A stretch of DNA of 64,000 nucleotides from Patescibacteria group bacterium. Lineage in GTDB: Bacteria > Patescibacteriota > Kazan-3B-28 > UBA10110. Shown here in pieces: positions 45,485 to 56,381 of the stretch (positions within the stretch are counted from its first letter, which is position 1; each line of letters opens with the position of its first letter). The notes under the pieces are model-generated. The model ran no database searches. It saw only the letters and a list, made by a program, of their open reading frames with translations, and was not told the origin of the DNA. A program made the translations under genes and the position numbers. The stretch spans positions 30,723 to 94,722 of the forward strand of contig JBAZXK010000002.1 in NCBI GenBank assembly GCA_041659905.1. The letters run 5' to 3'.

Positions 45485-46840
45485 ATGAATATTTCTATTC
45501 AATTTCTAGGGGCTTGCGGCACTGTTACTGGCTCTAATTATTTGGTTACTTGTGGTGCGACTAAATTATTGGTGGATTGTGGGTTATTCCAAGGCGACTG
45601 GGAAAATCAACAGCGCAATTATCAACCTTTTGCCTTCAACCCCCAAGACATTGATTTTATGGTGCTCACTCATGCTCATTTAGACCATTGCGGGCGGATC
45701 CCTAAACTCTACCGCGAAGGCTTCCGGGGCAAGATTTATTGCACGCCAGCTACAGCTGATTTAGCTAAAATTATTTTGACGGATGCCGCCCAAATTCAAG
45801 AACACGGCGTCCGGGAAGACCAATTAGACATCTTGTTTAACCGCCAGGATGCCATTAATGCCATCAAGTTATTTCGTAAGTTAGATTACCGAACTGAATT
45901 TGAAATTAATCCCCAAGTCAAACTCTGTTTGCAGGATGCTGGACATATTTTGGGTTCCGCTATAGCGGAGCTTTGGCTAGAAGATAAAAAAATAGTTTTT
46001 TCCGGAGATCTCGGCAACAGTCCGGTGCCTATCTTGAATGACCCGGCCACTATTCCAGAAGCAAACTATGTTGTGTGCGAATCAACCTACGGAAATCGCC
46101 TGCACACTCCCATAGTTTCGCGGGAGGAAGACCTGCAAAATGCGGCTATTTTTGCCCAAAAGCATCACGCTCAAATTATTATTCCCGCTTTTGCTCTGGA
46201 GCGAACTCAGGATCTCTTGTACACTTTTAATCTTCTAAAAAACCAGGGAAGATTCCCTAATATCCCGGTGATTTTAGACAGTCCTTTAGCTACAGAAATT
46301 ACAGCGGTTTATAAAAAATATACTGATTTATTTGATCAAGACTTTCAGGCCTATCTTAAGACCGATCCCGATCTATTCGACTTTCCAAATTTCCGACTTA
46401 TTTCCACCAAAGAAGAATCGAAGCAGTTGAATAATTTACAAGAAGCGGCTGTAATTATCGCGGGATCCGGTATGGTCGATGCTGGCCGCGTACCGTATCA
46501 TATCGTGCATCACGCCAGTAATCCAGATAACCAAATTATCTTTACCGGCTATCAGGTCCCAGGCACGCCTGGACGCAAAATCTTAGATGGCGCCAAACAT
46601 ATCGAGTTGTACCATGAATTTGCCAACATTCGCGCCCGGGTGTTCGGCATCGAGTCATTTTCTTCACATGCTGACCAAAAAGGTTTGCTTACTTGGCTAA
46701 ATGGCTTTAAAACCCAGCCGACAGTGTTGATCACGCATGGCGATGACGATTCGCGGCAAATCTTGGCTACCAAAATCAGCCAGCAGCTTAAATTTAAGAA
46801 TCATCAGCCCCAGTTCCAAGAAACTTACGACCTAATCTAA
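45485..46840 (+). CDS. MBL-fold metallo-hydrolase, beta-CASP RNA-metabolising family (CPSF/RNase J-like)
   Basis: VLTHAHLDHCG (HxHxDH) and a beta-CASP region with C-terminal SHADQ. Confidence 0.8.
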   Translation: MNISIQFLGACGTVTGSNYLVTCGATKLLVDCGLFQGDWENQQRNYQPFAFNPQDIDFMVLTHAHLDHCGRIPKLYREGFRGKIYCTPATADLAKIILTDAAQIQEHGVREDQLDILFNRQDAINAIKLFRKLDYRTEFEINPQVKLCLQDAGHILGSAIAELWLEDKKIVFSGDLGNSPVPILNDPATIPEANYVVCESTYGNRLHTPIVSREEDLQNAAIFAQKHHAQIIIPAFALERTQDLLYTFNLLKNQGRFPNIPVILDSPLATEITAVYKKYTDLFDQDFQAYLKTDPDLFDFPNFRLISTKEESKQLNNLQEAAVIIAGSGMVDAGRVPYHIVHHASNPDNQIIFTGYQVPGTPGRKILDGAKHIELYHEFANIRARVFGIESFSSHADQKGLLTWLNGFKTQPTVLITHGDDDSRQILATKISQQLKFKNHQPQFQETYDLI

Positions 46841-46855
46841 CTGGCCGACTAGCAA

Positions 46856-47311
46856 TTAGAGCTTGATGTTTTTGGCAAACACCTCTACCCAGGGTAGGGA
46901 TTTTTCTTTGCCAGTTATAGCCCAATATACTCCCGCCACACTGACCACAGCGAACAATAACCAAATTAGTTTATACAGCCAAACTACCACTATGGCAGCT
47001 GGCATAGAAAATAGAGCGATTAAAAACGATTCGATCAACCAAAGAATAAACCAAGCAATCAATTCGGCAGCGAATAAAACCATTCCCCTTTTGATATGAA
47101 AGGCAACAAACGAATTATCTTTTTTGACAACCCAAGGCACTACAAATAATATTGAGAAGTAACTCAACGCCGCAAACACTTTAATATCCGCTTCAAGTGC
47201 TGTGTGGCTAGAATGAATAGGCGGAATAGCCGAAATCGGATCAACAGGAGTTGGTTCCTCTAGTGATGGCCCTGAAGGGGGCGAAGAAATATTATCTATA
47301 GTTTCATTCAT
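46856..47311 (-). CDS. DUF4870-like small membrane protein
   Basis: FHIKRGMVLF motif and 3 TM helices. Confidence 0.45.
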   Translation of the reverse strand: MNETIDNISSPPSGPSLEEPTPVDPISAIPPIHSSHTALEADIKVFAALSYFSILFVVPWVVKKDNSFVAFHIKRGMVLFAAELIAWFILWLIESFLIALFSMPAAIVVVWLYKLIWLLFAVVSVAGVYWAITGKEKSLPWVEVFAKNIKL

Positions 47312-48683
47312 TGGCTATTTCCTTATTTTTATTCTGATATAACACAGCTATGATCCCGATAGTTAAAAATAGTATAAGCCGACCTGGTTGTAAAGTCCAA
47401 AGATAATGATCAAACAAACCCAGGATAACAATAGCGGTTACTGAACTCAGAGCCACTACCCCCAATAAACTTCGGCCCAGCTTAAACAGACTCCCACTGA
47501 CCCAGATTAGACCGCCCAACAGAACAATAAACAAAACTTCTCCTACCCAACCCAGCTCTGCTAAAACTAACAGAAAAATGTTATGGACCGGCTGATAGTC
47601 CCAGATCTGGCGGCTAAGATTATATACCCAACTCGACAACTTAGAATTATATTGCCAGCCCAATTTATTAGTATCTTGTTGAAGCAAATAAATAGTGTAT
47701 TGCCCCACGCCTACTCCTGTAAGCGGATATTTATCATAGACTAATTTAGCTTGTTGCAGCTGGTCAATCCGAGCAGTGACCGATCCCTGTTCCAAGGCAG
47801 TTTGTTCTGGATGAAATCGAGACACCAGGGCCGGATACTGGCTGAGCGCTATTACCATAACGATAGCGATTAAGCCCCCATCCCACCCTTGCCAACGCGG
47901 CCGACCTGAAATCAACCGCCAGATTATAACTACCAGGCAAGTTAGGCCGATAGCCAACCAAGCTGAACGAGAAAAACTGAACAGCAAAGCCACGCTGCCA
48001 ACTGTTAAAATCAGCCAATAAATCCATGGCCGTTTTATAGCTTTTACTACGCCAAGATAAATCAATCCCAGCCAGGGCAAAACTAAGGCCAAATAACCGC
48101 CCAAAACATTGGCATGAGGCAAGGTCCCGTGCGCCCGTAAATGTCTTACTCCGTTAATCAGCACCACTGGGATGCCGAGTTCAGCCGGTTGCAGAGGTGA
48201 TTCGCCTAAAAATTTTAAGCCGAGAGAACGATTTAGGCCATATTGGCCGATGGCAATGATTGCCTGCAAGCCAGTCCCCCAGGCCAGAGGCAATAGAATA
48301 TCGGAAAGGTTTTTTACTGCGTTAACTAAATAAATATAGAATAGATAAAATAAAGAAAAATGCGCGGCATTATTTAGCCCCACCGCCCAGTTGCCGGTGA
48401 TAGAATTACCGTAACCCACCGAAATCCACAGCCAAACGATTAGAAATGTAAGGGGCCAAAAAATTACAGCCGGTCCCGTTTTAAATTCAGTTTTCTTGGC
48501 AAAGATAAACCAAGTTAATAACACTAGGATAATTAAAATATCCGATAAATAAATACTGATGGAGGCGTATTCAAAAAATTGTCCCTGATGTTCTGCAAAT
48601 ATTAATGTATGGCGGAACTGCCACGGCAACACAAAAAAAGCCGACCACAGTAGGAATCTATTTATTTTTTGCCAAGAGATCAT
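47304..48683 (-). CDS. O-antigen ligase-like (Wzy_C) polytopic membrane protein
   Basis: About 12 TM helices. Central FSFSRSAWLAIGL motif typical of Wzy_C/WaaL. Confidence 0.6.
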   Translation of the reverse strand: MISWQKINRFLLWSAFFVLPWQFRHTLIFAEHQGQFFEYASISIYLSDILIILVLLTWFIFAKKTEFKTGPAVIFWPLTFLIVWLWISVGYGNSITGNWAVGLNNAAHFSLFYLFYIYLVNAVKNLSDILLPLAWGTGLQAIIAIGQYGLNRSLGLKFLGESPLQPAELGIPVVLINGVRHLRAHGTLPHANVLGGYLALVLPWLGLIYLGVVKAIKRPWIYWLILTVGSVALLFSFSRSAWLAIGLTCLVVIIWRLISGRPRWQGWDGGLIAIVMVIALSQYPALVSRFHPEQTALEQGSVTARIDQLQQAKLVYDKYPLTGVGVGQYTIYLLQQDTNKLGWQYNSKLSSWVYNLSRQIWDYQPVHNIFLLVLAELGWVGEVLFIVLLGGLIWVSGSLFKLGRSLLGVVALSSVTAIVILGLFDHYLWTLQPGRLILFLTIGIIAVLYQNKNKEIANE

Positions 48684-49575
48684 CTAGTGCCTGTTCTATG
48701 ACGTCGCGCACTTGCGCCCGCCGATCATTAAAATGCAATTTAATTATATCTCGGTTATACAAAACACTGGGATTGGTGCCGAGCCGACGAATATTTTTAT
48801 CAATAATTCGCCGCTGTTTGGTGTAGGCCCATTCTTCGAATTGATCTCCCCATTTTCCAGATAAAATCTTTTCTATCAGCCTTCGTAGAACAGATGGTTT
48901 GAGATATTTTAAACGGCGCAGCTTCGGATTGCGCCAAGCTCCTGGCAAAACTGATTTTACCCATTGATTAGCCTGCCGCAGCGACCGATGTTCCCCATCC
49001 GGCCAAATTGGCACCAAGTCAGCTAACCAATAAGTCAAATAATAATCTTTCTCAATAGCTAGCTTATTAATATTTAAACTCCGGGTACTTAAGAAAAATT
49101 CCGGGGAAAATTTGCCCCACCTCTGGGGGCTACGGACGCGCAATTTAAACAGGTTCATCATCACCAACAAACAAGCGCGCGTAGTCCACAGCCGCTCTGG
49201 CTGAGCTACTACTAATAAATCAATATCGCTATTGGCGTGGGCATTATTATAAGCTAGCGTATTAGTAACATAAACCTGAGCTAAAAATGGCATATAGCCA
49301 AACAGCCACCGCCAATTATTTACTTTATCCCACAACCGATCGGCTAAAGCTATCCGCTCCAGGCGTTCTCCAATAGATAAATCTCCCTGCCAAACTAACT
49401 CGCCCACTCGGCTAATTTTGGGTAATTCATTAATGGCTGCCTTGAGCTCTATTTCATCAATTTCCCGCTGCCAGGCATACCGCTTTAATTCTGACAAAGT
49501 TAAAGGGAACCTAAACCAGCTAAAGAAAATTATCGGCACCAAGACTGATTTTTTTATGGCTTGGCTAACTTTCAT
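48658..49575 (-). CDS. nucleotidyltransferase-fold domain protein (hypothetical)
   Basis: NAHANSDIDLLVV minimal nucleotidyltransferase motif. It overlaps the downstream Wzy-like gene by 26 nt. Confidence 0.45.
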   Translation of the reverse strand: MKVSQAIKKSVLVPIIFFSWFRFPLTLSELKRYAWQREIDEIELKAAINELPKISRVGELVWQGDLSIGERLERIALADRLWDKVNNWRWLFGYMPFLAQVYVTNTLAYNNAHANSDIDLLVVAQPERLWTTRACLLVMMNLFKLRVRSPQRWGKFSPEFFLSTRSLNINKLAIEKDYYLTYWLADLVPIWPDGEHRSLRQANQWVKSVLPGAWRNPKLRRLKYLKPSVLRRLIEKILSGKWGDQFEEWAYTKQRRIIDKNIRRLGTNPSVLYNRDIIKLHFNDRRAQVRDVIEQALDDLLAKNK

Positions 49576-49648
49576 CTTTAATAATTACCTTTTAGTATAC
49601 CCTACTTTATCTTACCGCTCCCCTGAAACTGTGTTACTTTAGTCTTAT

Positions 49649-50635
49649 ATGAAGAAAGTGGTTTTTAGTGGCATTCAGCCCACCGGCATTCTGCATCTCG
49701 GCAATTATTTTGGCGCCATTAAACAATGGATCGATTTGCAGAACAAAAACAAATGTTATTTTTGCATTGTAGATCTGCATGCCATTACTGTCCCTCAAGA
49801 CCAGACCAAACTACACCAACAAATATCAGACATGGCAGCAATTTATTTGGCAGCTGGGCTAGATCCTAAAAAAGTGGTTTTGTTTGTCCAGTCCCAAGTG
49901 CCTGCCCACAGCGAAGGAGCCTGGCTTCTAAATACGATCGCTTCCATGGGCGAAATGTCGCGGATGACTCAATTTAAAGAAAAACAGGAAGGCAAGCCTA
50001 ACGTATCCGTCGGATTGTTCGATTATCCTGTCTTAATGGCGGCCGATATCTTGCTGTACGACACTAACTTAGTCCCGGTGGGAGAAGATCAAAAACAACA
50101 TGTCGAACTGGCTCGGGATTTAGCTATCCGATTTAATAACCGGTTTGGCGAAACTTTTGTCATTCCAGAACCGATGTTGCCCAAATTTGGGGCTAGAATT
50201 ATGGGTTTGGATGATCCTACCGTAAAAATGAGTAAATCAGCGGCCAGTCCTAATAACTATATTGCCTTGACTGATACTCCAGAAATCGCGCGAGAAAAAA
50301 TTATGCGCGCCGTGACTGATTCTGGTTCGGAAATTAAATTCGATTCTACTAATAAACCAGCCATTTCTAATCTACTTACCATCTATACTCTCCTGACCGA
50401 TATACCCATATCTGACCTGGAAATCAAATATCAAAATAAAGGTTACGGCGAATTTAAAAAAGATTTAGCCGAAGCTGTCGCTGTTTTTCTAATTGATTTT
50501 CAAACCAAGTTGACTGCAATTAGACAAGATCCCGACAATATCAAAACGGTTTTGACAGCGGGAGCCAAAAAAGCCAAAAAAATCTCTAACAAAAAGATCG
50601 AGATCCTCCAACAAAAAATGGGTTTGGGGATCTAG
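49649..50635 (+). CDS. trpS: tryptophanyl-tRNA synthetase
   Basis: VFSGIQPTGILHLGNYFGA (HIGH region) and KMSKS. Confidence 0.9.
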   Translation: MKKVVFSGIQPTGILHLGNYFGAIKQWIDLQNKNKCYFCIVDLHAITVPQDQTKLHQQISDMAAIYLAAGLDPKKVVLFVQSQVPAHSEGAWLLNTIASMGEMSRMTQFKEKQEGKPNVSVGLFDYPVLMAADILLYDTNLVPVGEDQKQHVELARDLAIRFNNRFGETFVIPEPMLPKFGARIMGLDDPTVKMSKSAASPNNYIALTDTPEIAREKIMRAVTDSGSEIKFDSTNKPAISNLLTIYTLLTDIPISDLEIKYQNKGYGEFKKDLAEAVAVFLIDFQTKLTAIRQDPDNIKTVLTAGAKKAKKISNKKIEILQQKMGLGI

Positions 50636-51309
50636 GCTTTCGCTAGCACTAATCCCCAAACATCCCGAGCGCCATTCTGGCGAAGGATTTTAGCGCACTC
50701 ATTTATAGTTGCCCCAGTAGTCACAATATCATCCACTAGCACTACGGTTTTATTGGCCAGATTTTGGCTGAGAGCAACATTAATACTAAAAGCTCCCTCA
50801 ATATTATCTCGGCGAGCCGATTTACTTAAACCAAATTGCGGCTGGGTAGATCTTTTCCGGAATAAGATTGGCAGCAAGGGCCAACCGGTTTGTTGAGCCA
50901 CTACTTCAGCGAGCAAACGCGCTTGATTAAATCCCCTGTCCCAGAGCCGTCCCCGATGCAGCGGCACCGGCACAATCACCAGACCAGTGGTAGCTGTAGT
51001 TTGGTTGATCGTCTCTACCAACCAACCACCTAAAATTTTTACCAGTGGTCGCAATCGGCGATATTTTAAACTATAAACTAATTCTTTTAATGGTGATTGC
51101 CAATAACCATACACTATTAAACGACTGGCTGCGCCGGTCGGACGACACTTACCACACACCTTAAAATCTGCCGACAAACGATGGCAATGATAACAAATCG
51201 GTGTCTTAATAATTTCGATGCGCTTTGCACAAACAGAGCAAATCCAGTCACCTTGAGCATGGCAACTAGCACACCGGGGTGGGAAAACGATGTCGAGTAG
51301 ACTTCCCAT
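50632..51309 (-). CDS. ComF family protein (phosphoribosyltransferase domain)
   Basis: N-terminal 4-Cys zinc ribbon and a C-terminal PRTase motif VLVDDIVTTGAT. Confidence 0.75.
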   Translation of the reverse strand: MGSLLDIVFPPRCASCHAQGDWICSVCAKRIEIIKTPICYHCHRLSADFKVCGKCRPTGAASRLIVYGYWQSPLKELVYSLKYRRLRPLVKILGGWLVETINQTTATTGLVIVPVPLHRGRLWDRGFNQARLLAEVVAQQTGWPLLPILFRKRSTQPQFGLSKSARRDNIEGAFSINVALSQNLANKTVVLVDDIVTTGATINECAKILRQNGARDVWGLVLAKA

Positions 51310-51318
51310 AACCTTACC

Positions 51319-53301
51319 TTAAGCCACGCCGATATTAACTCCTGTGTAAAAGTATTTCAAAATTTGATCATAGGTCTGACCGGCGCTGGCCATATTATAA
51401 GCACTCCATTGCGGCATACCCACGCCATGCCCCCAGCCTTTCCCTTTTAGAATAAACGTAGGTGAATTAGCGGCTCCGAATTTCTCGACAGTAAAATTAG
51501 TACTTTTAACATAACCTGTATCAATCGAGGCTTCAAAGACAGCCGTGGTGACCGTGATGCGTTTGCCAGTGCTAGTTACCAGTGTCAGTGTGCTCAAGCG
51601 GCCGGATGGATAACGATTATCGATTACCAAATCCACGATGGTTTCACCTATCGCAGCTGCTTTAGTGAGCGGACCAGAAAAGCAATCCATCAAATATGCC
51701 TGTTCTACAGTAGCCTCCCATAAAATTGGTTTGGCATAGGGGTCAGCCACTCCCTTAAGGTACGGGGTGGCCTTCTGCGGATTACCGTTACTCCAGGCAT
51801 TTTCGACATTTTCAGTGGCTCCTCCGCTATCAGAAAAATAATACGCCGAGATAGGCTCATTATTATATGTAATGATCATGCCGGGGGTAGCAGACACAGC
51901 CACAGTGATACCGGGTTTATTTAATTCATAATTATAACCATAGTAAACTTGGTCGCGGGTATCGTCGTATAAATTAAAGATGTCGGCGCGAGGAGCTTGG
52001 AGTTTTTTGGCGGCAAATGTCCTAGCGGCAATTACTTGGGCTTTGCGAGCCTCCAGTGGCCAGGTATCCGGCACTTCCGCTAACCCCTTGAGATAGTCTT
52101 CCAATTCCACCTCGTTCACCATCCAAATATTCCCGCTCATCGCTGAGCGACGAATTGTGATAATACCACGGAATCTATTATATTGACTACTAACCTTTTC
52201 GTTGTTCACCGTCAGAATGGAACTACGCAATGGGATACACCGGATCCAGTCGCCGACATCATAGGTTACCCCATTGGCATTAATCACATACCCACCTGAC
52301 CGAGCCGTAACAGTAGCGCTAACCCCGGCTTCTGCCCGCACCACTAAAGCTTTATCGCTGCCCCGGCGAATGACCATGCCGTTATCGCTACTCACAGCGA
52401 TAGAACTGTCCGTGGAACTTAGTCCGACTAAAATCGGCTTCTGTAAGACTAATTCTTCGTTCACAGTGATTTCCCAAACTAGTCCCACATCATTCATCCA
52501 GGTAATTCCCTCTGCCACGGGCCGAAAATATTCTTTATATTTACCAATTTTATCCGGTGCTCGCACCGTAAAACTGAACCGACCGATTTCACCCGGATTA
52601 ACTATTTTATCAGCCACGGCAGCACGGTTATTACTCAACCAACTAGTTGCATAAAAATTACTAACACGATCCAGCGGCTGAGCCGTGCCTAATTTAACGG
52701 CATTATTGCCGGTCGTTGTCCAAGCGGTGTTGCCATCATTGCGCAAATCTACCCACAGCATTGCTTCTCCCCCGGGAGCCAGGGTGATATTGCCTGATTG
52801 ACTCACTAAACTTGTTTTATAAATAGCCGGAAGGATCTGGATTTCGACATAAAAATAAAATTTATCAAACCAGGTGATTCCGTCAGCCACTAAACCAAAA
52901 TATTCACGATATTTTCCAGCTGGCCCTTCAGCAGTAATGGTAAAATTGAATCTGCCCACTTCACCAGGAGCAACCGTGGTCGCTACCGAAGAAGCCATGC
53001 GGTTATCACTTAGCCAAGATGAGTGATAGAGCTTGCTTTTGCGATCTTGGGGCCGAATCGTGCCAATTTTGACAGCATGCAGGCCAGAATTTTCCCAAGT
53101 CGCTGTGCCGGTGTTCTTAATATCCACCCAGGCTTCTACGCTCTCGCCCTGCTTAACCGACATACCTTCCAGCTGATCGATCCATTTAGCCGCATACAGA
53201 TTAGCGGCTTGACCAGGAAAAGGTATGCTAAAAATTTGCGCAATTGTTAAAATTGCTCCGAGCCATCCCCCTATACCTTTAATTAGTTTGGTTTTGTTCA
53301 C
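51319..53301 (-). CDS. SpoIID/LytB domain protein with two N-terminal NTGTxTW repeat domains
   Basis: SpoIID region AARTFAAKKL...YYGY and a signal anchor. Tandem ~95-aa repeats are shared with the 25832..27181 protein. Confidence 0.75.
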   Translation of the reverse strand: MNKTKLIKGIGGWLGAILTIAQIFSIPFPGQAANLYAAKWIDQLEGMSVKQGESVEAWVDIKNTGTATWENSGLHAVKIGTIRPQDRKSKLYHSSWLSDNRMASSVATTVAPGEVGRFNFTITAEGPAGKYREYFGLVADGITWFDKFYFYVEIQILPAIYKTSLVSQSGNITLAPGGEAMLWVDLRNDGNTAWTTTGNNAVKLGTAQPLDRVSNFYATSWLSNNRAAVADKIVNPGEIGRFSFTVRAPDKIGKYKEYFRPVAEGITWMNDVGLVWEITVNEELVLQKPILVGLSSTDSSIAVSSDNGMVIRRGSDKALVVRAEAGVSATVTARSGGYVINANGVTYDVGDWIRCIPLRSSILTVNNEKVSSQYNRFRGIITIRRSAMSGNIWMVNEVELEDYLKGLAEVPDTWPLEARKAQVIAARTFAAKKLQAPRADIFNLYDDTRDQVYYGYNYELNKPGITVAVSATPGMIITYNNEPISAYYFSDSGGATENVENAWSNGNPQKATPYLKGVADPYAKPILWEATVEQAYLMDCFSGPLTKAAAIGETIVDLVIDNRYPSGRLSTLTLVTSTGKRITVTTAVFEASIDTGYVKSTNFTVEKFGAANSPTFILKGKGWGHGVGMPQWSAYNMASAGQTYDQILKYFYTGVNIGVA

Positions 53302-53326
53302 GGTATAAACATTATAACATCACTGC

Positions 53327-53356
53327 TTAGCCAAACTGACTTCATCGGGATATAAT
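53327..53356 (+). promoter_or_regulatory. putative promoter of hsp20 operon
   Basis: TTAGCC, 18 bp spacer, TATAAT. It lies 22 bp upstream of the hsp20 start. The same region is the divergent promoter region for the SpoIID gene. Confidence 0.3.
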
Positions 53357-53377
53357 TTAATCAGTTAAAGAGAACCG

Positions 53378-53791
53378 ATGAAACCTATGCATGTTCCCTG
53401 GCAGCCACAATCTACTTCATCATCGGAGTCCTTGGAAGATGATGATATAAATACATTTTCTGAATCCGAAGAGGTAGAGCTACCCGTCGACATTGCTCGC
53501 CAGGGAGATTATTTAATTATTCGAGCTCCTCTAGTGGGAGCCAAAAATGAAGATATAAGTATCACAGTCAATAATGATATCTTATTTATTCATAAGAATA
53601 ATTACACTCCCGAAGAAAAACTAGACAATTACTATGTGCGTGAATGCCATTGGGGCCCATTAGCCCGAGAAATCCAATTGCCAGTATCGGTTGACCCGAC
53701 TGGCGCCAAAGCTTCTTTAGCTGACGGGATTCTCAAGATTGTCCTGCCCATTATGGGCCATCGGCAAACTCGTATTATCAAAATTAGATGA
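53378..53791 (+). CDS. Hsp20/alpha-crystallin family small heat-shock protein
   Basis: Alpha-crystallin domain with a C-terminal GILKIVLP motif. Confidence 0.85.
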   Translation: MKPMHVPWQPQSTSSSESLEDDDINTFSESEEVELPVDIARQGDYLIIRAPLVGAKNEDISITVNNDILFIHKNNYTPEEKLDNYYVRECHWGPLAREIQLPVSVDPTGAKASLADGILKIVLPIMGHRQTRIIKIR

Positions 53792-54654
53792 AACTTGATT
53801 CCGCAAAAGTCACCAAAGGAGTGATTGCTATTGCTGGGTTTGGCACCAGATTTTTGCCCGTAACAAAAGCCACCCCCAAAGAAATGCTCCCTATTATTGA
53901 TAAGCCGATTATTCAATATATCGTTGAGGAAATGGCCGCCGCTGGAATCACTGATATTATTTTAGTGACTAATTGGCAAAAGCGTTCGGTCGAAGACCAC
54001 TTTGACCGTTCCCGAGAGATCGAAAAACATCTCGAAGAACAGAATAAGTTATCAATATTAAAAGAAATTCGCAAGATTGATAAATTGGCCAATTTTATCT
54101 ATGTCCGCCAAAAAAATGGTTATGGTAATGGGGCCCCTCTGCTAGCCGTACAAAATCTAGTTAAGAACGAACCTTTTGTGTACGCTTTTGGAGATGATTT
54201 AGTCAAATCCAAACAATCATTCTGCGCTCAGTTAATTAAGGCTTACCAGGCAAATCATTGTTCCGTAGTCGGCGTACAGGAAGTACCGCATAACGAAGCC
54301 TGTAAATACGGCATTGCCGAATTAATCCCTGGCACTGACCAAATTAATACCATCATTGAAAAGCCGACGCCCCAACAAACCAAATCCAACCTGGCAGTAT
54401 TCGGGCGTTATCTGCTGACTCCGGATATTTTCCCAGCCTTAGCCCACACCCCGACAGGCAAAGGTGGAGAACTTTGGCTGACTGACGCTTTAAGGTTAAT
54501 GCTGCAAAAAGATAAAATTATTGTCCATAAAGTTAAAGATGGCCAATGGTATACTACAGGTGATCCCTTAAATTATTTAAAAACTACTTTGGCTTATATA
54601 AACGATCAGCCGGATCTGAAACAAGAAATAATAAATTTTATTAAATCACTATGA
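53788..54654 (+). CDS. galU: UTP--glucose-1-phosphate uridylyltransferase
   Basis: GFGTRFLPVTKATPKEMLPI nucleotidyltransferase motif. Overlaps the hsp20 stop by 4 nt. Confidence 0.85.
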   Translation: MKLDSAKVTKGVIAIAGFGTRFLPVTKATPKEMLPIIDKPIIQYIVEEMAAAGITDIILVTNWQKRSVEDHFDRSREIEKHLEEQNKLSILKEIRKIDKLANFIYVRQKNGYGNGAPLLAVQNLVKNEPFVYAFGDDLVKSKQSFCAQLIKAYQANHCSVVGVQEVPHNEACKYGIAELIPGTDQINTIIEKPTPQQTKSNLAVFGRYLLTPDIFPALAHTPTGKGGELWLTDALRLMLQKDKIIVHKVKDGQWYTTGDPLNYLKTTLAYINDQPDLKQEIINFIKSL

Positions 54655-56045
54655 ACAAAAAAATATTTAGCTACGCTGTACTCGCGTCTAGTTTGCTGCT
54701 TATTTTGGGGGCGGCTGCGTGCAGTCGCGGCGGTTCTGGCGGGAGCGGTGGCAAAGTTACTCTCGACCAAACCACTCCCATCACTTTAGAGTATGTCCGT
54801 TTGTTTGATGATAGCACTGCTTTAGACGAAATCATCGCCTCTTATCAAGAAAAACATCCGAATATTAAGATAGTTGTGCGAAAGGTCAACCTTCCAGCTG
54901 GAGAAACAATTTACGACTATCAGCAAGATATCATTAAACAGATCGCCGATGGAGCTGGCCCCGATATCTTTATGATTCATAATGACTGGCTGCCTTACCA
55001 GGTCAACCAAATCTCCCCCATGCCTAGCGGCTTAATGACACTGGAAGATTACCAGGCAAGATTTCCGCAAGTAGTGGTAGATGATTTTGTGACTAATAAC
55101 CAGATTTACGCTGTCCCCTACTATATTGATAATTTGATGCTGTATTACAACATAGATATGTTTACAGCCGCTAAAGTCAAGAAAGCCCCGCGCACTTGGC
55201 AGGAATTAGTAGAAATTGTTCCCAAATTGACTAAAAAAGATGCCAATGGAAATATTATTCAATCGGCTTTACCTTTCGGCGTAGCGGATGGCATCCCTCG
55301 CTTTGCAGAAATCTTAGCTAACCTCATCATGCAATACGGCGGCGAAATGACTAGCTCTGACCGCACTAAAGCTACTTTTGATTTACCGGTGCCAAATTCT
55401 AATCCTCCGGTTTACCCCGGCAGTGAGGCTCTCAAATTTTATACTAGTTTTGCTGACCCCCAATCTCCTCTTTATACCTACACTGATGCCAAAAATCCTG
55501 ACGGTACCCGGAAATTGCCTGAGGATGTGCAAGCTTTTATGGAACACAAAGCAGCTATGTTCATCGGTTACTCTTACCAGGTGGAATACATTAAGAAATT
55601 TATGACGACGCGGCTCAACTTCGAAACTGCTCCTCTGCCTCAATTGCGACTGGAAAACCCCATTGTAGTAGCTAATTATTGGGGTGAAACGGTTTCTAAG
55701 ACATCTAAGCACCCCAATGAAGCCTGGGATTTTATTAAATACGTCGTCACTAAATCTAGCAATTTAAACAAATTGTTCAGCGCCACTCACCATGTCCCCG
55801 CTACTAAAGAATCTGTCGATACTTACAAGGGTAGGCAATATTATGGACCAGTGGCTGAACAACTCCAACTGTGTGCCTCCTGGTATAGACAAAATTCATC
55901 GGACATCGAAAAGATATTTACCGAGATGGTTAATAACGTGTTGCATAACCGCATGGCTGCCGAAGTGGCAGTGAGTGCAGCCATTAGAGATATTAATGAT
56001 TTAAGCAGCTACCGCGCCCGGACTTCACCCGTGCCCCAACGATAA
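54651..56045 (+). CDS. ABC transporter substrate-binding lipoprotein (sugar-type, solute-binding family 1), orphan
   Basis: Lipobox LGAAAC followed by a Gly/Ser linker. Solute-binding protein fold. No permease or ATPase genes are adjacent. Confidence 0.7.
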   Translation: MNKKIFSYAVLASSLLLILGAAACSRGGSGGSGGKVTLDQTTPITLEYVRLFDDSTALDEIIASYQEKHPNIKIVVRKVNLPAGETIYDYQQDIIKQIADGAGPDIFMIHNDWLPYQVNQISPMPSGLMTLEDYQARFPQVVVDDFVTNNQIYAVPYYIDNLMLYYNIDMFTAAKVKKAPRTWQELVEIVPKLTKKDANGNIIQSALPFGVADGIPRFAEILANLIMQYGGEMTSSDRTKATFDLPVPNSNPPVYPGSEALKFYTSFADPQSPLYTYTDAKNPDGTRKLPEDVQAFMEHKAAMFIGYSYQVEYIKKFMTTRLNFETAPLPQLRLENPIVVANYWGETVSKTSKHPNEAWDFIKYVVTKSSNLNKLFSATHHVPATKESVDTYKGRQYYGPVAEQLQLCASWYRQNSSDIEKIFTEMVNNVLHNRMAAEVAVSAAIRDINDLSSYRARTSPVPQR

Positions 56046-56052
56046 AAAACCC

Positions 56053-56295
56053 ATGGACACTACCATAATTGATTTTATGAATGCCCTAAAGATGGCTGTT
56101 TGGAATTTCTTAACTGAGCAACTACTGCCCATCGGAGCAGTTTTAGCTGCGCTAGTTATCATTTGGGGGGGCTGGCTCTATATCCAAAATCGGCCTGAGG
56201 AAGGTAAAAAAACCATCGGAGCAGCTATTCTCGGCTTAATTATCATGGCGCTAGCGTTGTTGATTATCAATACTGTCATTACCTTATTCGGTTAA
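56053..56295 (+). CDS. TrbC/VirB2-like mini-pilin (two hydrophobic helices)
   Basis: 80 aa: hydrophobic helix, IWGGWLY motif, charged loop, second helix. Paralogous to the next gene. Confidence 0.5.
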   Translation: MDTTIIDFMNALKMAVWNFLTEQLLPIGAVLAALVIIWGGWLYIQNRPEEGKKTIGAAILGLIIMALALLIINTVITLFG

Positions 56296-56381
56296 TCAAT
56301 CACCGTCACCTCTTGCCGAGAGCAAGATATGTCTTGTATAATTACCTTGATAGATATTTAGATATAAAAAGGAGGTATGTT